64,000 bases of DNA, from the NCBI GenBank assembly GCA_016193285.1, contig JACPSL010000025.1:58523-122522 (forward strand), written 5' to 3'. The notes beneath the pieces are model-generated. The model was given only the letters and a program-made list of their open reading frames with translations, searched no databases and had not been told where the DNA came from. Source of the DNA: Candidatus Melainabacteria bacterium (GTDB lineage Bacteria > Cyanobacteriota > Vampirovibrionia > 2-02-FULL-35-15). The position numbers and the translations under genes were made by a program. Below, in pieces: positions 21,794 through 29,603 of this stretch. The number at the start of each line of letters is the position of its first letter. Within the stretch, counting starts at the first letter, position 1.

Positions 21794-22648
21794 AGACGCA
21801 CGGCCGTGCGTCTCTATTATCAATGCATTTTTCATAATAATTATTGGTGCAACATCTTTCCCAAGCCAGATATTTAATGATTCTGCACCCTGATTAACAA
21901 GCATTTCAACTCCATTTAATGTTTTTAAATCAAGAGATTTTGCATATTGTAATAATTTTGTCTTTGGTGGGTTGTAAATAATATCATAGACAAATGCATC
22001 GCTAGGTAAATATTGTAAATCTTTTTTTGTGACCAAACACTGATCAATATTTGGGTACATGCCAACTGGAGTAGTGTTTACAAGCATAAATGTATTTGAA
22101 AGATTAATATTTGATACTAAATCAACTTGGATTTTTGTGCTTTTGTTTTTTGATTCTAGAAAATTTTTAAATCTTTCTAACTTATCTTTATTCCTTCCAT
22201 AAATATTAATTTGTGAAACATTATTTAAAAGAAGTGCCATTGCACATGCATGAGCTGCCCCACCGCATCCAAGGATTGCAACATTTTTACCAGCTATATT
22301 TTTTCTAATGCTTATGGGCATTGCATCCCAAAAACCACTTGCATCAGTATTATCACCAATAGTTTTTCCGTCATCATTAAAAGTTACAGTGTTTACTGCT
22401 CCTATTTCTTTAGCTCTGTCTGTTAATTCATCAAGGAGTGGGATAATATTTATTTTATGAGGGATAGTAACATTTACTCCTCTTACTTTTTCTTTTTTTA
22501 ATTCCTTTAAAAGATTTTCTAACTCTTCAGGCTTTACTTCATACACTTTATATTCTCCATTTATATTTAAATGTTGAAAAGCAGCATCATATATTATTGT
22601 TGATAATGAAGGAGTATTAGAAAATTTTATTATTCCTAATTTTAACAT
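21773..22648 (-). CDS. aroE: shikimate dehydrogenase
   Basis: NADP-binding GCGGAAHA motif and N-terminal shikimate-binding region; 291 aa. The C-terminal 8 codons read through the palindrome. Confidence 0.8.
   Translation of the reverse strand: MLKLGIIKFSNTPSLSTIIYDAAFQHLNINGEYKVYEVKPEELENLLKELKKEKVRGVNVTIPHKINIIPLLDELTDRAKEIGAVNTVTFNDDGKTIGDNTDASGFWDAMPISIRKNIAGKNVAILGCGGAAHACAMALLLNNVSQINIYGRNKDKLERFKNFLESKNKSTKIQVDLVSNINLSNTFMLVNTTPVGMYPNIDQCLVTKKDLQYLPSDAFVYDIIYNPPKTKLLQYAKSLDLKTLNGVEMLVNQGAESLNIWLGKDVAPIIIMKNALIIETHGRASLRANNR
21795..21818. terminator. perfect GC-rich palindrome (AGAGACGCAC-GGCC-GTGCGTCTCT) at the convergent carB/aroE 3' ends
   Basis: Seen directly: a 10-bp stem with a GGCC loop. 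It lies inside the overlap of the two convergent reading frames and has no strong U-tract. Confidence 0.45.
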
Positions 22649-24117
22649 GAAAGTGCTTTTCTAACTTCTTCCCTGTCATCAAAGTGGATTGTTTTATCTT
22701 TTAAGATTTGATAATCTTCATGTCCTTTACCTGCAAAAACAATAACATCATTTTTATTTGCTTTTTTGATTGCAATTTGAATGGCATTTCTTCTATCAAC
22801 TTCAACAATAACATTTGAAGTATTTTTAATGCCACTTAGTATGTCACTTATTATTTGTTTTGGATCTTCTGAACGTGGATTATCTGAGGTAACCACTATG
22901 AGATCAGCTAACTCTTCAGCAATTTTTCCCATCTTAGGACGTTTTGTTGGATCACGATCACCACCACATCCAAAGACACAGATAAGTTTATTTCCATTTT
23001 TTGTCATTGATCTTGCAGCTCTTAAAATATTTTCAAGCCCATCTGGAGTATGTGCATAGTCAACAATGCATGCTGGTGAGTCATTATTTTGAATAATTTG
23101 AAATCTGCCAGGAATTTCTTTAGCAGAAGAAATTGCATTTATAATTTTTTCAATATTAATTCCTTCTGCATGAGACACACTTATACTAGCTAGAATGTTA
23201 TAAACATTAAACATTCCGTTTAAGTTAGATTTTACTTTGTACTTACCACTTGGTGAAATTAAAACAAATGAGAGCTCATTTGAATTAAAATTAATTTCTT
23301 TTGCCTGAAAATCAGCATTGTTTTTAACCCCATAACTAAAAAGTTTTACCTCTTTATTTAAAACTTTTTCAAATTCACTAGATAAATTTTCATCTTTGTT
23401 TATAATTGCATATTTTTTATCCCAAGTAGAATTATTTATCGTTTCAAAAAGTTTTCTTTTTGCTTTAAAGTATTCATCCATTGTTAAATGAAAATCTAAA
23501 TGATCTTGAGTAACATTTGTAAGTACTGCACCAGTAAAATTACACTCATTTACACGATGAAGGCTTAGTGCATGTGAACTAACTTCCATAGCAAGGTGTG
23601 TAAAGCCTTTACTTACTAGCTCTCTTAATTGTTTGTGAAGTTCAGGTGCTTGAGGTGTTGTATGCTTTGCATCATAATAATTTAAGTTTGTAGACTCCTT
23701 GGTTCCAAGTGTTCCAATAATTGCAGTTTTAAGATTATTTTTTTCAAAGATATGTTGAATTAAATGTGTCGTAGTAGTTTTACCATTGGTTCCTGTTACC
23801 CCTATAATTCTTATTTTTTTAGAAGGTTCATCATAAAACTTGTTTGCAAGCTTAGCAATTGAAAGCTGAGTGTCTTCAACATAAATTATAGGCAGATTAG
23901 AATTAACTTTTTTACTAGCTAAGATTGCCTTAGCACCTTTTTTTTCTACTTGTTTTATAAAATTATGCCCATCGTTTTTTTCACCAATTAAGCAAACAAA
24001 GATATCACCAGATTTTATCTCTTGTGAGTTATAGGAGATGCCTGTAATTAAGGTATCATTATTTATGTCTTCCCCCAGATAATTTGCTATGTCTTTTATT
24101 GTTAGTTGATAACTCAT
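22642..24117 (-). CDS. murE: UDP-N-acetylmuramoyl-L-alanyl-D-glutamate--2,6-diaminopimelate ligase
   Basis: Mur ligase motifs (GVTGTNGKTTTT P-loop, DNPR DAP-specificity motif). The ORF track extends to 24255, but the likely start is MSYQL at 24117. Confidence 0.85.
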   Translation of the reverse strand: MSYQLTIKDIANYLGEDINNDTLITGISYNSQEIKSGDIFVCLIGEKNDGHNFIKQVEKKGAKAILASKKVNSNLPIIYVEDTQLSIAKLANKFYDEPSKKIRIIGVTGTNGKTTTTHLIQHIFEKNNLKTAIIGTLGTKESTNLNYYDAKHTTPQAPELHKQLRELVSKGFTHLAMEVSSHALSLHRVNECNFTGAVLTNVTQDHLDFHLTMDEYFKAKRKLFETINNSTWDKKYAIINKDENLSSEFEKVLNKEVKLFSYGVKNNADFQAKEINFNSNELSFVLISPSGKYKVKSNLNGMFNVYNILASISVSHAEGINIEKIINAISSAKEIPGRFQIIQNNDSPACIVDYAHTPDGLENILRAARSMTKNGNKLICVFGCGGDRDPTKRPKMGKIAEELADLIVVTSDNPRSEDPKQIISDILSGIKNTSNVIVEVDRRNAIQIAIKKANKNDVIVFAGKGHEDYQILKDKTIHFDDREEVRKALSC

Positions 24118-24197
24118 ATTTAACCTGCCTTTAAAGATATTCAAGCTTAATTTAAACATTTTATCAAATGCTAATTTGGGGTATAATAAAGTTAACC

Positions 24198-24386
24198 ATG
24201 AGTTCAAAACAAAAAAGCAAAAAAGAGAAAGAAGAAGACTGGATTTATGATCCAATTGTTGTTAAGAATGTACTTCGTGCCAAAAAGGAAGTAGATGAAA
24301 TTTTAAAAAAGGGTGGTCACTTAACTACTATGGAGGAATTGCTAGAGAAGTTTCATAAGGAAGATGCAAAGAAAATTCAAGATTAG
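24198..24386 (+). CDS. putative antitoxin (small protein overlapping the start of a RelE/ParE-like gene)
   Basis: A 62-aa charged protein whose stop overlaps the ATG of the downstream toxin-like reading frame, the typical TA arrangement. Confidence 0.4.
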   Translation: MSSKQKSKKEKEEDWIYDPIVVKNVLRAKKEVDEILKKGGHLTTMEELLEKFHKEDAKKIQD

Positions 24387-24651
24387 CTATTCTCCAAAGG
24401 CTGAAAGAGATTTAGAGAGATTTCGTAAAAGATATTGAAAATCATATAAAGATTTTATGTCATTATTACCTGCTTTGGAGTTGGATCCCTATGGTATTGG
24501 TAAACCTTTAAAAGGTGAATTTAAGGGATTGTATTCACTTCATTTTGGAAGAAAGCCTGAATGTCGTGCAATGTATGAAATAAAAAAGGATCTGGTAATA
24601 GTTGTTATATTAAGAATCGGAACTAGAGAAAATTTTTATGATATCTTTTAA
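24364..24651 (+). pseudogene. RelE/ParE-family toxin disrupted by two frameshifts
   Basis: Three consecutive frames give MQRKFKISYSPKAERDLERFRK / DIENHIKIL / LLPALELDPYGIGKPLKGE...YEIKKDLVIVVILRIGTRENFY. Together these reconstruct a canonical RelE-like protein. Confidence 0.55.
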
Positions 24652-24653
24652 GA

Positions 24654-25337
24654 ATGAAAGAAATAATCCTAGGCAAAAGTGTGCAAGGTAGGGAAATAAA
24701 AGGTTATTCTTTTGGGGATAAAGGATCTTTTAATAAGACACTAATGATTGGTGGTATACATGGGGTTGAAATACAATCAAAAGAAATTTGTGAGTTATAT
24801 TTAAGCAAAATAAATGAAGCAAAAGATAAAAAATTTCCAAACGATTTCTATCTACTTTTAATTCCATGCTTAAATCCTGATGGTATGGCTCTTAAGATAA
24901 GAGGTAATGCAAATGGTGTTGATTTAAACAGAAACTTTCCTTCAAACACATGGGAAAGTTCTTCACTAGCTGGAAACAGTTCTTACTTTCCAGGCATAAA
25001 ACCAGCCAGCGAGCCAGAGACAAAAGTCATTGTAGATCTTTTAAATAAATATAATTTTAAAAACATTATTGCAGTTCATACAAACTATACAATTCAGTTT
25101 CCAAATCCACCAATGATAAACTACGATGGTGAGCAGTCTCGTGAGCTTGCAGAAAAACTAAGTGTAGCAACCGGGCTTATGGTACATGCAGACATTGGTT
25201 ATCCAACTCCTGGCTCTCTTGGTACATGGATAGGAAAAGATTTAAAAAAAGTTTCAGTTACTGTTGAACTTGATCACACTAAAACTACAGAAGAACTTTA
25301 TAAAAAACATGGAAGATTCTTTGAAGTAGGGTATTAA
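24654..25337 (+). CDS. M14-family zinc carboxypeptidase-like protein (murein peptide amidase MpaA-like)
   Basis: Zn ligand motifs (GGIHGVE, NPDG...NRNF, H in AVHTNY), 227 aa. Confidence 0.65.
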   Translation: MKEIILGKSVQGREIKGYSFGDKGSFNKTLMIGGIHGVEIQSKEICELYLSKINEAKDKKFPNDFYLLLIPCLNPDGMALKIRGNANGVDLNRNFPSNTWESSSLAGNSSYFPGIKPASEPETKVIVDLLNKYNFKNIIAVHTNYTIQFPNPPMINYDGEQSRELAEKLSVATGLMVHADIGYPTPGSLGTWIGKDLKKVSVTVELDHTKTTEELYKKHGRFFEVGY

Positions 25338-25341
25338 ACAA

Positions 25342-25386
25342 TTGACATTTTACCTACTCACGAGTATACTCTTTAAGAGTAGGTAA
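25342..25386 (+). promoter_or_regulatory. near-consensus sigma70-type promoter (TTGACA-17-TATACT) overlapped by a 10-bp inverted repeat (TTACCTACTC-N17-GAGTAGGTAA)
   Basis: Seen directly upstream of the ATG at 25390. Confidence 0.4.
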
Positions 25387-25389
25387 ATT

Positions 25390-26778
25390 ATGAATTTTAT
25401 AAACAGAAAAAGCGAGCTTGAAACATTAAGCAAGAAATGGGATGAAAAAAAACCTCACTTCTTTATTGTCTACGGGAAAAGAAGAGTAGGAAAAACTGAA
25501 TTAATAAAACAGTTTATTAAAAACAAAAATGGTATTTATTTCTTATCAGATAAAAGAACTGAGATTGAACAATTAAAAGAGCTAAGTAATATTATTGCTG
25601 AGCATTATAATGACTCTTTTTTAAGATCACGAGGTTTTAGCAACTGGCTTGAGATTTTTAGTTATATAAAAGAAAGAAAAAAAAAACTAATACTTGCAAT
25701 AGATGAATATCCTTATTTAATTGAAGCAAATAAAGCAATTACCTCCATATTTCAAAAAGGATGGGATGAGTATTTAAAAAACGAAAATGTTTTTTTAATT
25801 CTTTGTGGCTCAAGTATTTCTGTTATGGAATCAGAAGCATTAATCTATAAATCTCCATTATACGGAAGAAGAACAGGTCAGATTTTACTTAAACCTCTTT
25901 TATTTAAAGAAAGTGCAAAATTTTTCCCAAAAAAGAACTTCTCTGATTTTTTGTCAATTTTTACTATTACAGGTGGTATACCAGCTTACTTATTGCAAAT
26001 AGAACCTGATTTAAGTTTAAGGAAAAACATAGAAAGAAAAATATTTTCAAGAACAGAGTTCTTACATAATGAAGTAGAATTTATTTTAAAAGAAGAATTA
26101 CGAGAACCCAAAAATTACTTCGCAATATTAAAAGCTCTATCGTTTGGAAAAACCAAATTTAGTGAAGTAGCTAATGAAACAGGCTTAACGAAAAATGTTT
26201 TAACAAAATATTTGAATACTCTTGAAAGGCTTCAGTTAATTGAGAAAGAAACCCCAGTTACAGAAAAAATACCTGAAAAATCCAGAAAAGGAATTTATAA
26301 GATTTCTGATAATTTTTTTAAGTTTTATTTTCAATTTATTTATCCAAATAAAAGTTATATTGAATTAGAAAATTATTCCGAGGTAAATAGAAAGCTTGAT
26401 GAATCATTTAACATTTTAGAGTCTCAGTGCTATGAAAAAGTTTGCATGGAGCTTGTTCTTGATTTTCAGGATAAATTTTTTATTTTTGAAAGAATTGGAA
26501 GATGGTGGGAAAAAGATAATGAAATTGATATCGTGGCTACTTCATCAAGAACAAAAGAAATATTGTTTGGGGAAGTAAAATGGTCATCAAAGCAGGTAGG
26601 GACAAATATTCTTGAGGCTTTAAAATCAAAAGCAAAATTAGTAGACTGGAATATAAACAATAGAAAAGAATATTATGTCTTATTTGGCAAAAGTGGTTTT
26701 ACTCCTTCATTAATTAAGCAAGCCAGGAAAGAAAATGTGTTGCTTGTTCACCAAGACAAGGCAAAATTTAATTCTTAG
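25390..26778 (+). CDS. AAA-type ATPase of the DUF234 family (archaeal-ATPase-like)
   Basis: Walker A GKRRVGKTE, a Walker B-like LAIDEYPYL, and a C-terminal DUF234-like segment; 462 aa. Confidence 0.65.
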   Translation: MNFINRKSELETLSKKWDEKKPHFFIVYGKRRVGKTELIKQFIKNKNGIYFLSDKRTEIEQLKELSNIIAEHYNDSFLRSRGFSNWLEIFSYIKERKKKLILAIDEYPYLIEANKAITSIFQKGWDEYLKNENVFLILCGSSISVMESEALIYKSPLYGRRTGQILLKPLLFKESAKFFPKKNFSDFLSIFTITGGIPAYLLQIEPDLSLRKNIERKIFSRTEFLHNEVEFILKEELREPKNYFAILKALSFGKTKFSEVANETGLTKNVLTKYLNTLERLQLIEKETPVTEKIPEKSRKGIYKISDNFFKFYFQFIYPNKSYIELENYSEVNRKLDESFNILESQCYEKVCMELVLDFQDKFFIFERIGRWWEKDNEIDIVATSSRTKEILFGEVKWSSKQVGTNILEALKSKAKLVDWNINNRKEYYVLFGKSGFTPSLIKQARKENVLLVHQDKAKFNS

Positions 26779-26790
26779 TTGATTGTGTAA

Positions 26791-26837
26791 AAAAAACAAA
26801 AAGATTTTTTGAGGTGAGGTGAGAGTGATGGGGTAGG
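26791..26837. repeat. island repeat family A, copy 1 (AAAGATTTTTTGAGGTGAGG + G-rich tail)
   Basis: One of five imperfect copies at 26791, 27551, 28251, 29076 and 29549. Each lies immediately 3' of a minus-strand cassette. Confidence 0.7.
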
Positions 26838-26856
26838 AAATTCTTCTGTTTTTGTT

Positions 26857-27054
26857 TTAAGATGCTTTTCTAACTATTTTTATTTCTGAGACATATTTTG
26901 ATTTATCAGGGTCTTTTTTTGCTATTTTACGCAGGTAATTCATGATCCTTGTCGGATTGTTTCCAAAACGAGCAGTAAGTGCTCTACCTCTGGCTCTAGT
27001 TTCTTCAACTACGGGGTCAAACCATTTAGCATTACTTTTTTTTCTTTTTTTCAT
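26857..27054 (-). CDS. small basic protein, partner of the upstream PIN protein (family shared with 28304..28459 and 39791..39988)
   Basis: A conserved D-P-[LV]-x-E...Y core shared by three paralogs, each directly downstream of a PIN gene. Confidence 0.5.
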   Translation of the reverse strand: MKKRKKSNAKWFDPVVEETRARGRALTARFGNNPTRIMNYLRKIAKKDPDKSKYVSEIKIVRKAS

Positions 27055-27063
27055 ACACTTTAA

Positions 27064-27525
27064 TTATACCCTGAGTTCAAGTGGTGTAACAATTTCAGGG
27101 AGAAATAGACCTAATGTTGCATTTATATTTTTCATATGTATTTTCTTGTTTACGTTTGCTAGATGGGCACAGTTCCAGGTTAATAAGATATCAATTTTGT
27201 AAACTGAAGCAAATGCTAGATGCAATGCATCTCTCGTATCTTTTAATGGCATTAATTTATTCTTAAGATAGATTTCAATAATCTTATCAACTTGTTCTAT
27301 AGGATTTAATATATGGATGCCTTTTGTTAGCTTTATTGCATATATTTGATTTGGGAAATTTCCTCCTTTTAGTTCTTCTAAGACAAAATTGCTTATATAT
27401 AAATCATAAAAATGTTTTTCATTGTTCCACCATTCTCTTGTTCTCTTAATATGAACATCAAGCTCTGATCTTTCATCAACATAATAACTAAAAATAGTTG
27501 TATCTAAATAAACACTTTGTTTCAT
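27064..27525 (-). CDS. PIN-domain protein (VapC-like toxin), paralog 1
   Basis: N-terminal V-Y-L-D-T-T acidic motif and C-terminal DALHLAFASV...LLTWNCAHL region shared with the other two PIN paralogs. Confidence 0.65.
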   Translation of the reverse strand: MKQSVYLDTTIFSYYVDERSELDVHIKRTREWWNNEKHFYDLYISNFVLEELKGGNFPNQIYAIKLTKGIHILNPIEQVDKIIEIYLKNKLMPLKDTRDALHLAFASVYKIDILLTWNCAHLANVNKKIHMKNINATLGLFLPEIVTPLELRV

Positions 27526-27550
27526 AATACATTTAATTTTAGCACTCTAC

Positions 27551-27608
27551 AAACACGAGAAAGATTTTTTGAGGTGGGGTGGGAGTGGTGGGGGGTAATG
27601 GGGTGAGG
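27551..27608. repeat. island repeat family A, copy 2 (longest G-tract: GGTGGGGTGGGAGTGGTGGGGGGTAATGGGGTGAGG)
   Basis: Seen directly. Confidence 0.7.
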
Positions 27609-27623
27609 TAATTAAATAGCAAC

Positions 27624-27866
27624 CTATGCAACTCGAAAGTTTTTCCCAATCGGAATAAAATTATCTGTGTGTCCTTTTTCCAACTTATTCTTAATCTCTT
27701 CAAATTTACAAACTTGTTCGGGTGTGAAAAGAATCTCTCCACACATTTCACAAACTTCTACATAAACATCAATTAATGCTGAATTGTTTCCACCATTAAT
27801 AGTGTGGATGATCTTTTTTATTTCAATTCTATCTGAACCACACGATGGGCATTTAAAGTTTTGCAT
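27624..27866 (-). CDS. YgiT-type (MqsA-like) zinc-finger protein, putative antitoxin
   Basis: CPSCGS...(20 aa)...CEMCGE zinc ribbon in an 80-aa protein. Its start lies 2 nt after the stop of the upstream toxin-like ORF. Confidence 0.6.
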   Translation of the reverse strand: MQNFKCPSCGSDRIEIKKIIHTINGGNNSALIDVYVEVCEMCGEILFTPEQVCKFEEIKNKLEKGHTDNFIPIGKNFRVA

Positions 27867-27868
27867 TG

Positions 27869-28186
27869 TTATTTCCTTTTCTTATATTCTACCCATTTCT
27901 TTGGATTAGGCCTATAAACAGTAATTAGAATGGCTATTTGAGATCCCTTATCCAGTGCCCATACAGTATGAATAGGCTCATTTTTATTATTAAAACTTAA
28001 TACTAAACACGACGGCAGCGGCTTACTACTAGGATAGTCTTCTATTACTTCAGCATGCTTAATAGATGTTTTTATTTCAAGGATCGAAATATTGTCAGCA
28101 TCTTTTTCTTGAAGAGCATGTTGAGTAATTCTAAAATTATCTGATTGAATGGCTGACTTTAAGTCTTCAAAATTTATGAATGTATT
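27869..28186 (-). CDS. DUF4258-like toxin-family ORF with no ATG start (possible pseudogene or non-canonical start)
   Basis: Stop-to-stop ORF that is not in the supplied track. Its translation ...RITQHALQEKDADNISILEIKTSIKHAEVIEDYPSSKPLPSCLVLSFNNKNEPIHTVWALDKGSQIAILITVYRPNPKKW matches the HA...R.I...YP.DKP.PS.L.......P.H.V.A......I.ITVY.P....W pattern of this toxin family. Confidence 0.45.
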   Translation of the reverse strand, partial: NTFINFEDLKSAIQSDNFRITQHALQEKDADNISILEIKTSIKHAEVIEDYPSSKPLPSCLVLSFNNKNEPIHTVWALDKGSQIAILITVYRPNPKKWVEYKKRK

Positions 28187-28250
28187 CTACAACAAGTGAT
28201 CTAATATACATGTAACCAAAGGTTACATAAGTATTTTAATTAACATTACA

Positions 28251-28298
28251 AAAACACAAGAAAGATTTTTTGAGGTGAGGAGTAAGGGGATAGAGTGA
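28251..28298. repeat. island repeat family A, copy 3
   Basis: Seen directly. Confidence 0.7.
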
Positions 28299-28303
28299 CT
28301 TAC

Positions 28304-28459
28304 TTATGCTGTTTTCTTGCTCACTTGTTTTTTAAGTTTTGCTGCTTCTTCTCTAATATATTTTACATATTCTGAAGCAGACATCTTTTTTGTCTCTTCG
28401 TAGATTTTTCTTCTTATTTTATGTAATTCTTCAAGCGGATCTTTTTCTTTTCTTTTCAT
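28304..28459 (-). CDS. small basic protein partner of PIN paralog 2
   Basis: MKRKEKDPLEELHKIRRKIYEE... aligns with the other two partners. Using the internal Met (not the tracked start at 28507) removes the 38-nt overlap with the PIN gene. Confidence 0.5.
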   Translation of the reverse strand: MKRKEKDPLEELHKIRRKIYEETKKMSASEYVKYIREEAAKLKKQVSKKTA

Positions 28460-28469
28460 ATGATTCTCC

Positions 28470-28988
28470 TTATTGTGAAACAAATTCTCTTGGTGAAACA
28501 ATTTCAATTAAGCTATAACCTTCTCGTAAATTAATTACGTGAACACCTTTAATAGTTCTAGCTCGTACGATATGTTGAAAGTTCCATGAGACAATAAAAT
28601 CACAATGATTTAAACTAGCAACAGCAATGTGAATAGCATCATTGATAGCATTAGAAGGCATCAATCCTTCATTAGTATAAATCTTAGCTAGATTATATGA
28701 TTCATTGCTTGGAGTTAGAATCTCAGGTTGATATTTTTCAACCAATCTCAATAACTGTTTACGCCTTGTGTCATAAGCTCTATTAATTTCAACTTCAACA
28801 ACTTCTGATATACAAAGTAAATGACTTTTACTTTTACCATAAACTTCTAAAAAATCTATAGTTAGCCTGTACTCACTTCTATTGGTTTCAAGAGCTAAAT
28901 TCCATATAGAGGTATCAATATAAAGCTTTGTTTTCTTAATCATTATAATGATTATAACAGCTAGTTGTTCTGTCATGATATTCAACAA
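28470..28988 (-). CDS. PIN-domain protein (VapC-like toxin), paralog 2
   Basis: KLYIDTSIWN...DAIHIAVASL...SWNFQHIV...IEIVSPREF is close to paralog 3. The likely true start is MIKKTKLY at 28943, behind a TGnTATAAT box. Confidence 0.65.
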   Translation of the reverse strand: MLNIMTEQLAVIIIIMIKKTKLYIDTSIWNLALETNRSEYRLTIDFLEVYGKSKSHLLCISEVVEVEINRAYDTRRKQLLRLVEKYQPEILTPSNESYNLAKIYTNEGLMPSNAINDAIHIAVASLNHCDFIVSWNFQHIVRARTIKGVHVINLREGYSLIEIVSPREFVSQ

Positions 28989-29075
28989 AAAATATTTCTA
29001 AAGAAAGGAGCAAAAGAAGATCTTCTTGAACTAAATTACTACTTCGCTAGAAACTAGATGATAGAAGAACTTTCT

Positions 29076-29118
29076 AAAAAACACAAAAGATTTTTTGAGG
29101 TGAGGAGTAGGGGGATAA
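29076..29118. repeat. island repeat family A, copy 4
   Basis: Seen directly. Confidence 0.7.
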
Positions 29119-29427
29119 CACATCATCAGAGCGACACATCAAATATTAAGTCTTCATTCAAATTTTATAGATGTGACTTTTGGTTGCGTGAATTTTTAAT
29201 TCAATATGATATATTTACGAGCATGATCACTGAAGATAAAAAATATATCTCAAGTGTTTTAAAGAATTTAGGGTTCGCATTTCTAACACCTTTGGGCTCA
29301 GTTACTTTTCAATATCTGGTTCTAAAAAAGAGCTTCTTTAGTGGACACACGGCCTTATGTTCATTAGCATCATTTGTTGGTTGGTGATTATTGTTTTTAG
29401 GGTATAATTTTGTTAAGGAGAAGAAAA

Positions 29428-29547
29428 ATGATAAGTAACCTTGAAGGTTTAATAGCAGTTGGCTCAATATTAATTCCTGCAATACTTTTAACTGTATACT
29501 TCATATACGATCAAAATAAAACTAAAAAAAGAGAAAAGAAAAGTTAA
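29428..29547 (+). CDS. possible 39-aa single-TM peptide (MISNLEGLIAVGSILIPAILLTVYFIYDQNKTKKREKKS)
   Basis: Not in the supplied track (below its size cut-off). TATAAT at 29403 and AAGGAG at 29415 precede the ATG at 29428. One TM helix plus a basic tail. Confidence 0.3.
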   Translation: MISNLEGLIAVGSILIPAILLTVYFIYDQNKTKKREKKS

Positions 29548-29548
29548 A

Positions 29549-29590
29549 GAAAAACACAAAAAGATTTTTTTGGTGAGGGATGGTGGAAGG
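29549..29590. repeat. island repeat family A, copy 5
   Basis: Seen directly, immediately 3' of the five-gene minus operon. Confidence 0.7.
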
Positions 29591-29603
29591 TTATTACTAA
29601 ATT

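Noticed and set aside
27539-27751. Tracked 70-aa minus-strand ORF overlapping repeat copy 2 and the zinc-finger gene
   Set aside because: It is the alternative frame of the YgiT zinc-finger gene and of the repeat. Its translation includes the repeat-derived PPTTPTPP run.
29058-29387. Tracked 109-aa plus-strand ORF
   Set aside because: It starts inside repeat copy 4 and runs antisense to the cassette orientation. It has no RBS or promoter and a low-complexity composition, so the region is more likely non-coding.
29428-29547. The 39-aa membrane peptide as PsbX (similar length, TM plus basic tail)
   Set aside because: The similarity rests only on length and topology. A photosystem gene would not be expected as a cassette inside a TA island. 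It is kept only as an unnamed small peptide.
26791-29590. The regularly spaced family-A repeats looked superficially like a CRISPR array
   Set aside because: The repeats are imperfect (variable G-tails) and spaced 500-800 bp apart. The intervening sequences are full protein-coding modules, and no cas genes are present.
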